This document shows positions 21,034 to 31,960 of a DNA stretch of 64,000 nucleotides, piece by piece. The stretch is taken from contig JBAZXG010000002.1 in assembly GCA_041660005.1 (NCBI GenBank), positions 24,356 to 88,355 on the forward strand, in the 5' to 3' direction. The position numbers and the translations under genes are program-made. Each line of letters opens with the position of its first letter. The first letter of the stretch is position 1. Origin of the DNA: Patescibacteria group bacterium (GTDB lineage: Bacteria > Patescibacteriota > Patescibacteriia > GWA2-46-9). The notes under the pieces are model-generated. The model did no database searches, was not told the origin of the DNA, and saw only the letters and a program-made list of their open reading frames with translations.

Positions 21034-21447
21034 ATGAGCATGAAAAAACTAGTAGCGAGCTCTCTTCTCTTTTTCGTGCTCATGGCAACAGGGGTCTCTT
21101 TTGCTTCAGCTGCTGTTGCACCACTGGACGAAATTTATCATAACTTGGGGCCGATTGCTAACACCTACGGACAGAGCTCTCTCCTGGACTCCCAAAACAC
21201 GCAACACGCACTAGTAGTGCGAGTTGCTCGAGTTATTAATGTCGCTCTTTCACTTCTCGGAATCATTTTTTTAGTACTCACCATCTACGCTGGTGCACGT
21301 TGGATGACGGCTCGAGGTAATGACGAACTAGTAACAACGGCTCGGGATACCTTACTCAATGCCCTTATTGGACTTGTTATTATTTTTGCCTCTTACGCCT
21401 TTACTACCTACCTGGTAACAAAAATTCTACAGGGAACAATTGGATAA
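21034..21447 (+). CDS. VirB2/TrbC-like pilin 7
   Basis: YAGARWMTARGNDELV. Confidence 0.8.
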   Translation: MSMKKLVASSLLFFVLMATGVSFASAAVAPLDEIYHNLGPIANTYGQSSLLDSQNTQHALVVRVARVINVALSLLGIIFLVLTIYAGARWMTARGNDELVTTARDTLLNALIGLVIIFASYAFTTYLVTKILQGTIG

Positions 21448-21495
21448 TAAGCCCTCAAATGCTTCGACAATAAACGCCTCACCAAGGTGTTTATT

Positions 21496-22248
21496 TTATT
21501 TTTGGATCTGACACCTTAACCTACGTAAACGAGGTCGTAAAAGTAGGAGTTCACGAGTATACTCTACGCTTGTACGTACAATAGGAAGTGTACTTACTGA
21601 TACTCCGACTTTCCTCTCTTCCCAAATCACCGGCACCTCAGCAATTTTTTCCTTGGTGGCCTCCGCGATGAGTAACAACTCTGAATCAAAAAACCACTGC
21701 ATACTCTTAACTTGCGGCAACAGTCTGTCCCGAGCTTGACGGGTTACTGCTTTAAAACCACAAGGTAAATCAGTAAGTTTGGTGCCAACCAACAATTGTG
21801 AAAGGAGATGGTAAGACCGAGAAATAAACTGTCGAAACAAACTTCGATGCGCGATACTGTTTGGCAAAAATCGGGAACCAACTACCACAGTTGCTCCTTT
21901 TACAAAGGCGTCGAGTGCCTTAGGCAGCGCCTCTGCAAGGTCCGCAGAAAGATCAGCGTCTGTGAAAAAATAAATATCAGCAACTGCTGCTTCCCACCCA
22001 GCGGACAGAGCTGCACCTTTACCAGCAGTCGGCAACTGAAGCAATGAAACATTGGATAACCGCCGACTTGCCGCCAGTACCAAGGATGACGACCCGTCCG
22101 TGGAGCCATTGTCAACAATAATGATTTTCCAGTTCTGTTTAAAAACATCACCACAAATTGCATGGGCTTTATGAATACTCTCAACAATAATACCCGCTTC
22201 GTTATAAGCAGGTAACACAAGAACAACCGTGGGACATTCGTTCATCAT
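21496..22248 (-). CDS. GT2 glycosyltransferase (polyprenol-phosphate glycosyltransferase-like)
   Basis: PAYNE, VDNGSTD, GKGAA, DAD, GSR, D.PCGFK, WFFDSE. Confidence 0.88.
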   Translation of the reverse strand: MMNECPTVVLVLPAYNEAGIIVESIHKAHAICGDVFKQNWKIIIVDNGSTDGSSSLVLAASRRLSNVSLLQLPTAGKGAALSAGWEAAVADIYFFTDADLSADLAEALPKALDAFVKGATVVVGSRFLPNSIAHRSLFRQFISRSYHLLSQLLVGTKLTDLPCGFKAVTRQARDRLLPQVKSMQWFFDSELLLIAEATKEKIAEVPVIWEERKVGVSVSTLPIVRTSVEYTRELLLLRPRLRRLRCQIQK

Positions 22249-23822
22249 AAAGGAAGAGAGAAAATAGCTCCATCGCTATCAGTATAGCGCAACCGGTAAC
22301 CAGACCGACGGAGCGCGGAAACAAGTTTTTGAGACTGATCTCTAGCGCTAATAACCAGAATGTTTGAATGTATCTCTTGCATCAAAGTCTTTAGTGGAGC
22401 GGCATCACCCTCTACTAAATTTTTCCTTGCCTCAATTACTTCAGACGCGTTTGGTAAAAACCGAGCATCCAGCCCCCACAGATATCGTACATTTTGATTA
22501 TAATAGAACAGCTGCGGAAACTCATCCCAGCGCAGATTGAAGATCAAATCTCCGGGTTCACCAACAACAGAAAGATGTTCAGCTACTGACTTGAGTGTCT
22601 GCACAGGGGAACTCGCACGAAACACCTCATAGGTCTGATAGTCATTGACAAAAAAGTAGCCACCAACGGTAACGCCAAGCAAGTAAAGCAACAAAAAAGT
22701 GGCGGTCGTTTCACGTCGGAAATTTTGCTTCATGCTCTCAAAGAGCGCTCTCCAAACACCGAGCTCTGAGAGGTAGGCTGCCCATAGACTGACTGATAAA
22801 AAACCCAACGGGACTAAATACTCAACGTAACGGCGAGAGAGCATAGTTGCAATCAAAAAAAGTACGGCCATACCAGTTGTCAAAAAACGCAAACGTCCCG
22901 AAGAGCCGACCTGACTGCCCTGAAACAACCTTTTTGGCTCTACTGATAGTGCAAAAAAACCAACCAACAAAACTACAAGAAAGGCCATGACTAAAGGCAA
23001 GATGCGAGGAAAAAGCATCGCAGGGTCTAAGGACGACCACTCTTGACCGGCCGCTGCGTTGCCGCCCGGCGCCAAAGCAATTTCAACAACCTGATACCAA
23101 TAAAAAACGACGTTCTGAGGGAACCAAGGATTTACGACAAGGCCAACCAAACTACCTGCACTAGCCGCAAAAAAACCATTAAACATTTCCCGGCTCAGTT
23201 TTTTCTCCAAGCATACTCGAACGGGCACAATGATCAAACTTGTCACCCAAAGAAGCGGCCAACCCCCATATGCCCAGACATACAATGCAGAAATGAAAAA
23301 AAGTCGCCACTGTCGGCGTTCAACCAATGCAGAGAGCCCTAAAAGATAAAAAATAAGAGACAAAGAAAGCGCTTTAACGAGATTCAGCCGAAAGAGAAAG
23401 GGCGCTGTTATGAATGCTAGTATCGTCCACCAAAAAGCACCCGGCACACGATAGCGACGTAAAACTTCGTAATAGACAACCATTGAAAGTGAAGCGAGGA
23501 GCGCTGTAGTGACCTTTATACCAGTCAGTCCACCAAGCGCCACAAATGGTGCCTCAAAAACATGCAGCAAAAAATGATGGTCGGCAAAGGACTGAGCCAG
23601 TACGGTTAGTGGCAGCCAGGTAAAATGACGTACTACCTCGCCGTGGCTTATCTGCGAGGCAAGTGCGGCATGGTAGTAAACATCTGGATCAGGAAAACCA
23701 TGGCCCCAACTAAGTAGAGCAGCAACACCGCTAACAATACTGACTAATGACGTAACAGCAAGTGCATGTCTCGAGCGAGCACCAAGCGCGCTCACGTGAA
23801 GAGCAGACAGACCGCGCTGCAT
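22245..23822 (-). CDS. Membrane protein, probable GT-C glycosyltransferase
   Basis: DPDVYYH after the first TM, many TMs, EW motif; adjacent to GT2. Confidence 0.6.
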   Translation of the reverse strand: MQRGLSALHVSALGARSRHALAVTSLVSIVSGVAALLSWGHGFPDPDVYYHAALASQISHGEVVRHFTWLPLTVLAQSFADHHFLLHVFEAPFVALGGLTGIKVTTALLASLSMVVYYEVLRRYRVPGAFWWTILAFITAPFLFRLNLVKALSLSLIFYLLGLSALVERRQWRLFFISALYVWAYGGWPLLWVTSLIIVPVRVCLEKKLSREMFNGFFAASAGSLVGLVVNPWFPQNVVFYWYQVVEIALAPGGNAAAGQEWSSLDPAMLFPRILPLVMAFLVVLLVGFFALSVEPKRLFQGSQVGSSGRLRFLTTGMAVLFLIATMLSRRYVEYLVPLGFLSVSLWAAYLSELGVWRALFESMKQNFRRETTATFLLLYLLGVTVGGYFFVNDYQTYEVFRASSPVQTLKSVAEHLSVVGEPGDLIFNLRWDEFPQLFYYNQNVRYLWGLDARFLPNASEVIEARKNLVEGDAAPLKTLMQEIHSNILVISARDQSQKLVSALRRSGYRLRYTDSDGAIFSLPL

Positions 23823-23854
23823 AACAACACTCGAATTGTTCTTCTCAAGAAACG

Positions 23855-25852
23855 CTAACTCAAAATGAACGCAACAACGAGTAATGCAACAATATTCAAG
23901 ACTTTAATCATGGGATTAATGGCCGGACCAGCAGTATCCTTATAAGGGTCGCCCACCGTGTCCCCGGTAACCGCAGCTTGGTGCGCAGGAGAACCTTTGC
24001 CACCATATGCTCCCGATTCAATGTATTTTTTAGCATTATCCCATGCGCCGCCACCAGTCGTCATGGAAATGGCGACAAAAATACCCGTAATAATTGCTCC
24101 AATAAGTAGCCCGCCGAGCGCTTCAGCTCCCAAAGCAAAACCAACAACGATTGGCGCGAGCACCGCAAGAAGTGCAGGAGGAATCATTCTCCGAATAGCT
24201 TCTTTGGTGACAATATCAACCGCCTTGCCGTAGTCAGGCTTGCCGCTGCCATCCATGATTCCTGGAATTTCTCTAAACTGCCGGCGCACCTCTTCAACAA
24301 CGCTACCAGCAGCAACGCCGACCGCTTGCATAGCTAGCGCTGCAAACCAAAATGTTACGAGGCCACCGAGAAATAATCCGGCAATGACTGCAGGCGTACT
24401 CAGCGAAAAGTCGAGAAGCGAACCCGTTTGTTCAACGGCATGCAGGTAGTCACCAAAAAGCACCAACGTTGCTAACCCAGCAGAGCCAATGGCATACGCT
24501 TTCGTAACTGCTTTCGTGGTATTGCCAACAGCATCCAAAGGATCGGTAACCTGACGTACTGACTCTGGTAGGTGGGCCATTTCAGCGATACCTCCCGCGT
24601 TGTCCGTAATGGGACCATAGGCATCAATCGTCACAATGATACCAGTTAGGGAAAGCATGGCCATTGCGGCAACGGCGATTCCCAAAAGACCCGAAAGATA
24701 ATTCGCAAACAGTATGCCAAGTACAATCACAATCACGGGTGCAGCCGTTGCCCGCATCGATAAAGCGAGTCCAGCAATAATATTCGTGCCATGACCGCCA
24801 ACTGAAGCGGCAGCAAGATCTTTCACTGGACGATGTGCAGTGCTGGTGTAGTACTCAGTGATATAAATAAGAGCGCCGGTCACCGCCAGACCAATAAGCG
24901 CAGAGAGAAAAACTGCTTTAACCGAAAGCCCTGGAATACCAGCGAGCATGCGATCCGTCACGGGCCAGAATCCAATGGCTGCTAAGATGCCGGAAATAAT
25001 CAACCCGTGATAGAGCGCCGCCATAATACGGGTCCCCTTCAAGGTAATGAACCAAGTTCCAATAATTGAAGCAACAATAGCCACAGCGCCGAGCGCCAAC
25101 GGGTAAAGCACGACTGCCGGATACCCAGGGTAAAGCAGTGTCGCGAGTAGCATTGTTGCAATTGAAGTAACCGCATAGGTTTCAAACAGGTCAGCTGCCA
25201 TACCCGCGCAGTCTCCTACATTATCCCCGACGTTGTCGGCAATGACCGCAGGGTTTCTCGGATCATCTTCAGGAATACCTGCTTCGAGTTTACCAACAAG
25301 GTCCGCACCAACGTCCGCAGCCTTGGTAAAAATACCGCCGCCGAGTCTGGCAAAAATAGAAATTAAACTACCACCAAAGGCAAGACCCAAAAGCGCATGC
25401 ACGTCGCCACTTATTAAATAGAAACCAGCCACACCAAGAAGACCTAACCCCACAACCAAAAACCCAGTAACCGCACCGCCACGAACGGCTACCTGGAACG
25501 CTTCGGACAACCCCTTTTTTGCGGCTTCAGTTGTGCGCACATTTGCTTTTACCGAAATACGCATGCCCGTATAACCAGCAAGCGCAGAAAGGAATGCTCC
25601 AACAGCAAAACCGACAGCGGTCAGCCAGGAAATAAAAAGGCCAATAAGCAAGAAGATAGGAATCGCCACAACAAGCACACTCGTATACTGCCGTTTCAAG
25701 TACGCACGCGCACCTTCTTCAATAGCACGAGCAATCACTTGCATCTGTTCGTCGCCCGGAGAAAGTTTCAAAAGCCAACGAATAAGAAAGAGCCCATATA
25801 ACACTGCAGCAGCACCGGCGAACAATGCAAACAAAATAGTAGATGAAATCAT
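23855..25852 (-). CDS. hppA: Membrane-bound ion-translocating pyrophosphatase (K+-independent signature)
   Basis: [51 protein letters not shown]. Confidence 0.95.
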   Translation of the reverse strand: MISSTILFALFAGAAAVLYGLFLIRWLLKLSPGDEQMQVIARAIEEGARAYLKRQYTSVLVVAIPIFLLIGLFISWLTAVGFAVGAFLSALAGYTGMRISVKANVRTTEAAKKGLSEAFQVAVRGGAVTGFLVVGLGLLGVAGFYLISGDVHALLGLAFGGSLISIFARLGGGIFTKAADVGADLVGKLEAGIPEDDPRNPAVIADNVGDNVGDCAGMAADLFETYAVTSIATMLLATLLYPGYPAVVLYPLALGAVAIVASIIGTWFITLKGTRIMAALYHGLIISGILAAIGFWPVTDRMLAGIPGLSVKAVFLSALIGLAVTGALIYITEYYTSTAHRPVKDLAAASVGGHGTNIIAGLALSMRATAAPVIVIVLGILFANYLSGLLGIAVAAMAMLSLTGIIVTIDAYGPITDNAGGIAEMAHLPESVRQVTDPLDAVGNTTKAVTKAYAIGSAGLATLVLFGDYLHAVEQTGSLLDFSLSTPAVIAGLFLGGLVTFWFAALAMQAVGVAAGSVVEEVRRQFREIPGIMDGSGKPDYGKAVDIVTKEAIRRMIPPALLAVLAPIVVGFALGAEALGGLLIGAIITGIFVAISMTTGGGAWDNAKKYIESGAYGGKGSPAHQAAVTGDTVGDPYKDTAGPAINPMIKVLNIVALLVVAFILS

Positions 25853-25883
25853 AAATGCAAACGGGTTAATAAATGACGAACGT

Positions 25884-27173
25884 CTATGATGTTTTTTCTT
25901 CTGCTGAACTTTGTTCTACTGGCGCATCTTTTGACCCCGCCTCGTCGGGTAGACCACTTTCGATAATGGGCTCTGCAACATCTTCTTCATCATACACCCC
26001 GGGAATGATTACTGGCTCATCGTCAGACTCTGTAATTTCTTGCAACTCTCCCTCTTCAGATCGAATATCAATACGCCAGCCGGTCAACTTGGCGGCCAAT
26101 CGGACATTCTGTCCGCCCTTACCAATGGCTAAGGACAACTGATCTTCAGCAACGGTCGCAACAGCCGTGTGGGCTTCTTCGTCTACCTCAAGCGTCAAAA
26201 CTTTCGCTGGCGAAAGAGCGTTAGAAATGTAACGAATAGGGTCTTCGCTAAACTCAATGATATCAATTTTTTCGCCACCGAGCTCGCCAATAATCGTCTG
26301 CACACGCGTTCCCCGCTGTCCAACACATGAACCAATTGGATCAACATTGGGGTCCACCGCCGCCACCGAAACCTTGGAGCGGGAACCAGCTTCTCGCGCC
26401 AGTCCTTTTATCTCAATAAGCCCATTGGCAATTTCAGGAATTTCCATAGCAAAAACCTGCCGAACAACTTCAGGGTGCGAACGTGAAAGTAAAATTTCCG
26501 GTCCTTTTGAAGTCTCGTTAACACTCATCAAATAAACGCGCAGTCGGTCTCCTGGATTGTAGTGCTCACGGGGAATCTGCTCTTCAAAAGGAAGAACCCC
26601 TGTGCCGCGACCAAGTTCCATAATCACCGATCGACCGTCACGGCGCTGCACCGTAGCAGTCAGCACCTGACGCACTCTGTCTTTGTACGCCTCGAAGACG
26701 TTAGCATGTTCTGCCTCTCTAATCTTTTGAATAATGACCTGCTTTGCCGTTTGCGCCGCCATTCTTCCGTATTCACCTGGCACAGAAAGCTCGCTACGAA
26801 TTTCTTCACCAACCTCTGCACTTGATTTAAATTCCTGAGCTTGGGAAAGACCGATATGCAACTTGGGATTGTAACGCAGCTCTTCCTCTCCTTCGGGTTC
26901 AGTAATAGCACCAGAGGCGTCTGCCTCCGCATCCGACCGTGCCTCTGCCGCTTCTATTAAAGCATTATCAACGACGATTTTTACGTCATAGACATGCGTC
27001 TCGCCGGTCTCCAGGTCAAATGTGACTTTAATATTCTGATTTTTTTCTCCAAAATCTTTTCGATAGGCAGCCGCTAGCGCCGCTTCAATAGTGTTTACAA
27101 TTGATGCGACTGTTAAGCCCTTTTCTTCGGCAATCTGCTCAACTGCCGCTTTAATTGATGACGCTATCGCCAT
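25884..27173 (-). CDS. nusA: Transcription termination factor NusA
   Basis: [12 protein letters not shown]1 domain, [11 protein letters not shown] domains, [12 protein letters not shown]. Confidence 0.97.
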   Translation of the reverse strand: MAIASSIKAAVEQIAEEKGLTVASIVNTIEAALAAAYRKDFGEKNQNIKVTFDLETGETHVYDVKIVVDNALIEAAEARSDAEADASGAITEPEGEEELRYNPKLHIGLSQAQEFKSSAEVGEEIRSELSVPGEYGRMAAQTAKQVIIQKIREAEHANVFEAYKDRVRQVLTATVQRRDGRSVIMELGRGTGVLPFEEQIPREHYNPGDRLRVYLMSVNETSKGPEILLSRSHPEVVRQVFAMEIPEIANGLIEIKGLAREAGSRSKVSVAAVDPNVDPIGSCVGQRGTRVQTIIGELGGEKIDIIEFSEDPIRYISNALSPAKVLTLEVDEEAHTAVATVAEDQLSLAIGKGGQNVRLAAKLTGWRIDIRSEEGELQEITESDDEPVIIPGVYDEEDVAEPIIESGLPDEAGSKDAPVEQSSAEEKTS

Positions 27174-27253
27174 GTTGATAATCCTTTAAGCCCGTGTGGG
27201 GCAAATAAAAAACTCATTCTGATGGAATGAGGTCTGTCAAAAGTCTAGCGCAT

Positions 27254-27631
27254 CTATGAAAGAAACGCAAGCCGACCGTTCCCCACGGCACGAAAATGTT
27301 TCACCCGAGGTTTTGTCCCTTCACTAAAGTAAACTGAGACGACATCGATACGCGCATGAGCAACTTCCCGATGCTCTGCCACATAACGGGCAAGTGCCTG
27401 TTCAAGATTATGGAGCTTGCGGGTGGTTACTGCTTCTTCTGGCGTGCCATAGGCACTGCCCGTACGTGCTTTTACCTCAACGAAGACGAGGTCTTTACCG
27501 TCGCGCGCTATAATATCAACTTCATGATGTCCCAGACGTGCGTTCTTTTCTAAAATAGAGAAGCGTCGATACACCAAATACTGACACGCTAACTCCTCAC
27601 CTTGTCGACCAACCTTACTCTTTCCCTCCAT
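27254..27631 (-). CDS. YraN family (UPF0102) protein
   Basis: G..GE..A..YL, EVDIIA, LVFVEVKAR. Confidence 0.9.
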   Translation of the reverse strand: MEGKSKVGRQGEELACQYLVYRRFSILEKNARLGHHEVDIIARDGKDLVFVEVKARTGSAYGTPEEAVTTRKLHNLEQALARYVAEHREVAHARIDVVSVYFSEGTKPRVKHFRAVGNGRLAFLS

Positions 27632-27642
27632 AAAAATTTGAA

Positions 27643-27806
27643 AGAGCCTGTTCAAAATTTCGTGGTACCCGTTCTGAAAATGCAGGTTTTTGAGCGAAAA
27701 ACAATACGAGGGACGTACCGTAATGGTGTTACGGTAAGTGCGAGACGAAGTTTTGCAGCCAAAAACATAGCATTTTAAGGATGGGGGAAGGTGTTGAACG
27801 GGCTCT
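27643..27806. mobile_element. MITE-like element with 13-bp terminal inverted repeats
   Basis: agagcctgttcaa (27643-27655) and ttgaacgggctct (27794-27806), one mismatch; no transposase. Confidence 0.55.
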
Positions 27807-28212
27807 AGGGCAGATACTTTCTTCGACGGCGGTCGTCTGCTTCAAGGGTAGCTTTGGCCGGAACGTCACGCCAAGCCAAAAAACCAAGGTAAGCGCTCCA
27901 GGCGAGCAGTAACAAAACCCACAGCACTATCCAATAACGCGCAGAAAACCAGGGTGTCTGCTCCTGCCGAAAAAACAACAGGATAAAAGCAAATACGCCG
28001 AACGTTACTGCAGCCGCACCAACGCGTTGCCACCACTTCACCCATGCTGGCAAAAAATCCTTGCGATAATGTGACCAAATACGAAGCATAATACCGCCAA
28101 CGATCATGATAATACCAATGGCTATCCAAGCCCTCAGAAAACCACTACTGAGCGGCCTCGGAAAATTCATAAAAAGATAGCTGGGCGAAGCAAACTTCAA
28201 AATATCAATCAT
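27805..28212 (-). CDS. Membrane protein, hypothetical
   Basis: Three TMs, FFRQE.TPWFS.R, C-terminal KYLP. Confidence 0.7.
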   Translation of the reverse strand: MIDILKFASPSYLFMNFPRPLSSGFLRAWIAIGIIMIVGGIMLRIWSHYRKDFLPAWVKWWQRVGAAAVTFGVFAFILLFFRQEQTPWFSARYWIVLWVLLLLAWSAYLGFLAWRDVPAKATLEADDRRRRKYLP

Positions 28213-28258
28213 AGAGACAAGTTAGTGAATGATGCTTACTAATAGTATAGCAAGTTTT

Positions 28259-28864
28259 TTAGAGAAGACTGAAGGATCGGCGATGTATGGGGCTTGCGCC
28301 TAGACGGCGGATAGCACGACGATGTTCAACCGTTCCGTAACCAACATGTTGGCAAAAACCGTAACCGGGGTAGCGTTTATCCATTTGCACCATTAAAGCA
28401 TCGCGATACACCTTGGCAATGACAGAAGCGGCGGCAATAACGCGCACTTCGCGATCTCCCCCACGTACTCCTTCGATGGTACAAGTGAAACCATCGAGAG
28501 AGAAATAATCTGCCAATACATAGTTCGGCTGCGGCAAAAGCTGCTTCAGCGCCCGCATAAATGCTAGGTCGTTGGCGGCGGCAATACCTAACGTATCAAT
28601 CTCTTTCGGCGACACAGATCCAAAAGCATAGGAGAGTGCATGTTGGGTGATATGGATAGCGAAACGTTCACGTTGTTTTGCGCTGAGTGCTTTTGAGTCT
28701 TTCAACCCTGGAAGTTTTACGTGGGGACGCAAAATTAATCCTGCGGCAACAAGTGGTCCAGCGAGCGCTCCCCTCCCCACTTCATCGATACCAGCAATAA
28801 GCGCGTACCCTTGTTGCCGACGGTACGACTCGACGTAACGAAAATGGTGAGTACGGCGTCGCAT
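28259..28864 (-). CDS. rnhB: Ribonuclease HII
   Basis: AGIDEVGRGALAGP, DSK.LS, IAAASVIAKV.RD, GYGT..H, HRRSF. Confidence 0.95.
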   Translation of the reverse strand: MRRRTHHFRYVESYRRQQGYALIAGIDEVGRGALAGPLVAAGLILRPHVKLPGLKDSKALSAKQRERFAIHITQHALSYAFGSVSPKEIDTLGIAAANDLAFMRALKQLLPQPNYVLADYFSLDGFTCTIEGVRGGDREVRVIAAASVIAKVYRDALMVQMDKRYPGYGFCQHVGYGTVEHRRAIRRLGASPIHRRSFSLL

Positions 28865-28866
28865 CG

Positions 28867-29412
28867 TCAATTCACAAATTCTGGAACCTCGTAATGCCAC
28901 CCAGGCTGCCAACGAAAAGGTGCCGCAACAACTTTAGCCAGACTCTTATGATTCAATACCTGCTCAAGCCCATACTGAGTTGCCCGGTGTCCAATGACGA
29001 GAATTGTTTTGTCCTGGTGCCGCAGCACTACATCTTTCAAAAACGCTTTTACATTTTCTGTTGTCTCAAGATAGCTCTGTCCGCCAGGGAACGGCCTCTC
29101 TATACGATTCATTTTTTCATGCTCAATCACTACACTTGAAAATCGTGTCATAGTGCCGTAATCGCACTCATTCAATCGTGCGTCCGTAAGCAAAGGCACA
29201 TTGCTACCTTCAAAAGCAAGGTATCCCGTTTCATAAGAACGTCGCAATGCAGAGCAATAGACAGCAACGAGCTTAACGTCTCGATAGCGTTCTCCTAATT
29301 CTTGCGCTTGCCGCTCGCCAGCGGCTGAAAGTTTTGGATCAGAGCAACCGGAAGCAATATCCTGTTCGTTATCTGTACTCGTTGAGTGCGTTTCAAAAAT
29401 TAATTCCACCAT
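28867..29412 (-). CDS. Histidine phosphatase family protein
   Basis: ETH (variant RHG), S.L.RS, LNECDYG, PGGQS, VIGH. Confidence 0.8.
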   Translation of the reverse strand: MVELIFETHSTSTDNEQDIASGCSDPKLSAAGERQAQELGERYRDVKLVAVYCSALRRSYETGYLAFEGSNVPLLTDARLNECDYGTMTRFSSVVIEHEKMNRIERPFPGGQSYLETTENVKAFLKDVVLRHQDKTILVIGHRATQYGLEQVLNHKSLAKVVAAPFRWQPGWHYEVPEFVN

Positions 29413-29444
29413 ACACCATTAGCAACCGCACTCCCCTTTTTGAA

Positions 29445-29771
29445 TTAACGAATAAGTGCGTCTAATTTTTTACTAAGAGCATCTTCTGATTGCACGCCAA
29501 CAATCTGGTCTTGCACCTTGCCGCCCTTAAAAAGGAGAATGGTCGGAATGCTCATGATGTTAAAGCTGCCTGCTGTTGTTTGGTTCTCGTCAACATTTAA
29601 TTTTCCAATTTTGATTGGCTTACCTTCGTATTCGTGTGCCAATTTTTCAATGATTGGTCCCATGACGCGACACGGTCCGCACCAAGGTGCCCAAAAATCA
29701 ACGAGCACAGGAACGGGCGATTGCAGCACTTCTGCTGGGAAGTTCTGGTCATTTAATAGTATTTCGGCCAT
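29445..29771 (-). CDS. trxA: Thioredoxin
   Basis: WAPWCGPC, SIPT. Confidence 0.96.
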   Translation of the reverse strand: MAEILLNDQNFPAEVLQSPVPVLVDFWAPWCGPCRVMGPIIEKLAHEYEGKPIKIGKLNVDENQTTAGSFNIMSIPTILLFKGGKVQDQIVGVQSEDALSKKLDALIR

Positions 29772-29794
29772 AAAATGTATTAATTGATAAATAA

Positions 29795-30130
29795 CTAATA
29801 TAACCTTCCGCCAATTACCGCCTGGTCAATGTCTGGAACAATAAGTATACACTCACCCGATTGATCTGGCACGCCGAGCGTCAAAACCTCTGAAATAAAG
29901 GGTCCAATTTGCTTGTTTGGGAAGTTAACAACAGCCAAAGCCAGCTTTCCGATAAGCTCCTGCTTAGTGTAATGGGCGCATAGTCTCGCACTCGACATTT
30001 TCGTACCAATAGATTCACCAAAATCTATCTTCAATTTGTACGCTGGTATTTTTGCTTCAGGAAAATCTTCCACCGCAACAATTTTTCCAACGCGAATATC
30101 AAGTGCTGTAAATTCGTTGTAAGATGCCAT
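29795..30130 (-). CDS. csaA: CsaA-like tRNA-binding/chaperone protein
   Basis: LDIRVGKI, AYKLKIDFG, VVNFP.KQIG, SEVLTLG. Confidence 0.85.
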   Translation of the reverse strand: MASYNEFTALDIRVGKIVAVEDFPEAKIPAYKLKIDFGESIGTKMSSARLCAHYTKQELIGKLALAVVNFPNKQIGPFISEVLTLGVPDQSGECILIVPDIDQAVIGGRLY

Positions 30131-30174
30131 AAACAAACGGTTAGTCGCGCTTTTAATTAAACGCTAATAATGAG

Positions 30175-30618
30175 TTAACGGTTGCGTCGAACCTTCAAAT
30201 ACTCCTCTACTCCCGTCAGCCATCCACCTTCAAAGTACTTTGCAGGATCAAACGTGTCGATTGAAACCCAGAGCATTTCTATATGCAGATCAGAAAGGTG
30301 AATGATTCCACTTTTCAAAACTCCGGCATACCCAAGAGCAAAGATTCGCACGGTGGGTAAACCGGGCACTTGCTCAACTCTTTGGTGTCGCATAAAAACT
30401 TTTGCTTCACCAATCTCGTACTGAATCTCGTCCCCCAATTCCTCCAACATCTTCCTCTTAATGACCTCGTCCAGAGAAACGGTGAATTCATCCTTTCTTA
30501 TTCTGCCGCCGGGTAAATCCCAATCACCAAATTTATCGCGAAGGATAAGTAGTTTGCCGTCCTTTTCTAAGAAGACCTTAACGGCAACAAAGTAGGTATC
30601 TTTTTGTTCAACGCTCAT
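30175..30618 (-). CDS. NUDIX hydrolase
   Basis: WDLPGG..RKMLEELG, Nudix-like box. Confidence 0.75.
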   Translation of the reverse strand: MSVEQKDTYFVAVKVFLEKDGKLLILRDKFGDWDLPGGRIRKDEFTVSLDEVIKRKMLEELGDEIQYEIGEAKVFMRHQRVEQVPGLPTVRIFALGYAGVLKSGIIHLSDLHIEMLWVSIDTFDPAKYFEGGWLTGVEEYLKVRRNR

Positions 30619-30958
30619 TGTATAACTTATGTTTCAAAAGTGCGTGTGCTCGCGTCAAAAAAAGTGCGGCATTCCCCCACACAAACGGTAGCCATGCCGG
30701 AAAACCCAAGACATTATAATTCTTGTAACTCCAAATTCCATACTGAATAGCCAGAGACTCTGACAGCGGACCAAGTACGAAAGCAATGATATATAAATAG
30801 AATGCGGCCCTGTTTCTCTCAACGGCAAGCATGAGCAAACTAATTATGCTAAGAAGAAAAACAAGTACAATAGTATTCCTCCACAAGAACAAAACAAACA
30901 AAATTGTAACAACTGCTAGAATAAAATTGATCAGCGATTTTTTCCGTTCGCTATACAT
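30608..30958 (-). CDS. Small membrane protein
   Basis: Hydrophobic; GP..E...G.W.Y, P.WLP.VWG. Confidence 0.6.
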   Translation of the reverse strand: MYSERKKSLINFILAVVTILFVLFLWRNTIVLVFLLSIISLLMLAVERNRAAFYLYIIAFVLGPLSESLAIQYGIWSYKNYNVLGFPAWLPFVWGNAALFLTRAHALLKHKLYNER

Positions 30959-31262
30959 AGACAATGTAATAATGAATGACTTGCCATTTGTCCTTCGGCT
31001 ATCTGTGGTCGCTTCCCTCGGTGAGACACCTCGGGATCTTCGACAGGATATTTCGACCGAGAAAGAACTAACCATAAACTATTCGTCCGCCGTCGTTAAC
31101 CACCTACGCTAAGGCTTCGGCGGTCAAGAACTATGGCGGACAGCCTCAACTCAAAACGTCTGGCGTAAGCCAGCCGCCGTTGGAACTGTGGCTGGCTCGC
31201 CAGCCGTAACTTGCCACCTCCGCCAAAGTAGCCAAAGGCTACGGCGGCTGGATAGTGAAGGC

Positions 31263-31408
31263 TGGTGGACCTGGGGGGAATCCGTCACTCCGCCCGTCGG
31301 CGGAGCTCCTAGAACCTGTCGCTTCGCTCTTTCAAACCCATCGGTTTGAATAATTCCGCCGCAGGGAAACTCCCGTTTCCCCGACCCCTTTCCCGTGTTC
31401 GATTCCCT
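31263..31408. repeat. tRNA-end module, family B (Ala copy)
   Basis: tggtggacctggggggaatc duplicates the tRNA-Ala 3' end; body homologous to 43515-43701; ends gttcgattccc. Confidence 0.82.
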
Positions 31409-31459
31409 CGCAGTATATCAAAAAATAAATTAGCTGGCATATAGCCAGCAATTTATTTT

Positions 31460-31533
31460 TGGTGGACCTGGGGGGAATCGAACCCCCGACTAATCCATGC
31501 CATGGATTCGTGTTACCGCTATACCACAGGCCC
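31460..31533 (-). tRNA. tRNA-Ala(GGC)
   Basis: G3:U70 pair, anticodon arm AATCC-ATGGCAT-GGATT, encoded CCA. Confidence 0.93.
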
Positions 31534-31816
31534 TTGCACGTATTTCTCATTGATCACCTCGCAAATGAGAGTCAGCTCATTATACACATCCGCTGAATAA
31601 TAATCTATACACAAAACTTTATAAATTGTTTGGTCTGCATTGTAAAGTTATTATAACAGAAGTTTGACAAAAGATTAAATTTGTTATGTATACTATATAA
31701 TATAACACTATCACTATAAAAAAGCAATAGTAATCATCCAAGTTATTACTAATAAACATACGTATTATTCATTTTTTACCAATGAATTCAGTGTTTTTTC
31801 AGTTTTTGACTAAAAA

Positions 31817-31832
31817 TGTTCCACGTGGAACA
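31817..31832. promoter_or_regulatory. parS site
   Basis: Perfect palindrome TGTTCCACGTGGAACA matching the TGTTNCACGTGNAACA parS consensus. Confidence 0.8.
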
Positions 31833-31944
31833 GATTTTTGGCTAAATTAACTGGGAGTGCGCCTCAAGATACTCTTCGTGTCCAAAGTCCCGTGCGGACA
31901 AATATAAGAAACTTCATGAAAGCAAGGACAAATTTTAGTTTTTT

Positions 31945-31960
31945 TGTTCCACGTGGAACA
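31945..31960. promoter_or_regulatory. parS site
   Basis: Second identical TGTTCCACGTGGAACA. Confidence 0.8.

Noticed and set aside
18316-21447. Pilins or the lamin-tail protein as remote DGR targets
   Set aside because: No TR-like sequence was seen in them by eye; a BLASTN of TR against the genome would settle it.
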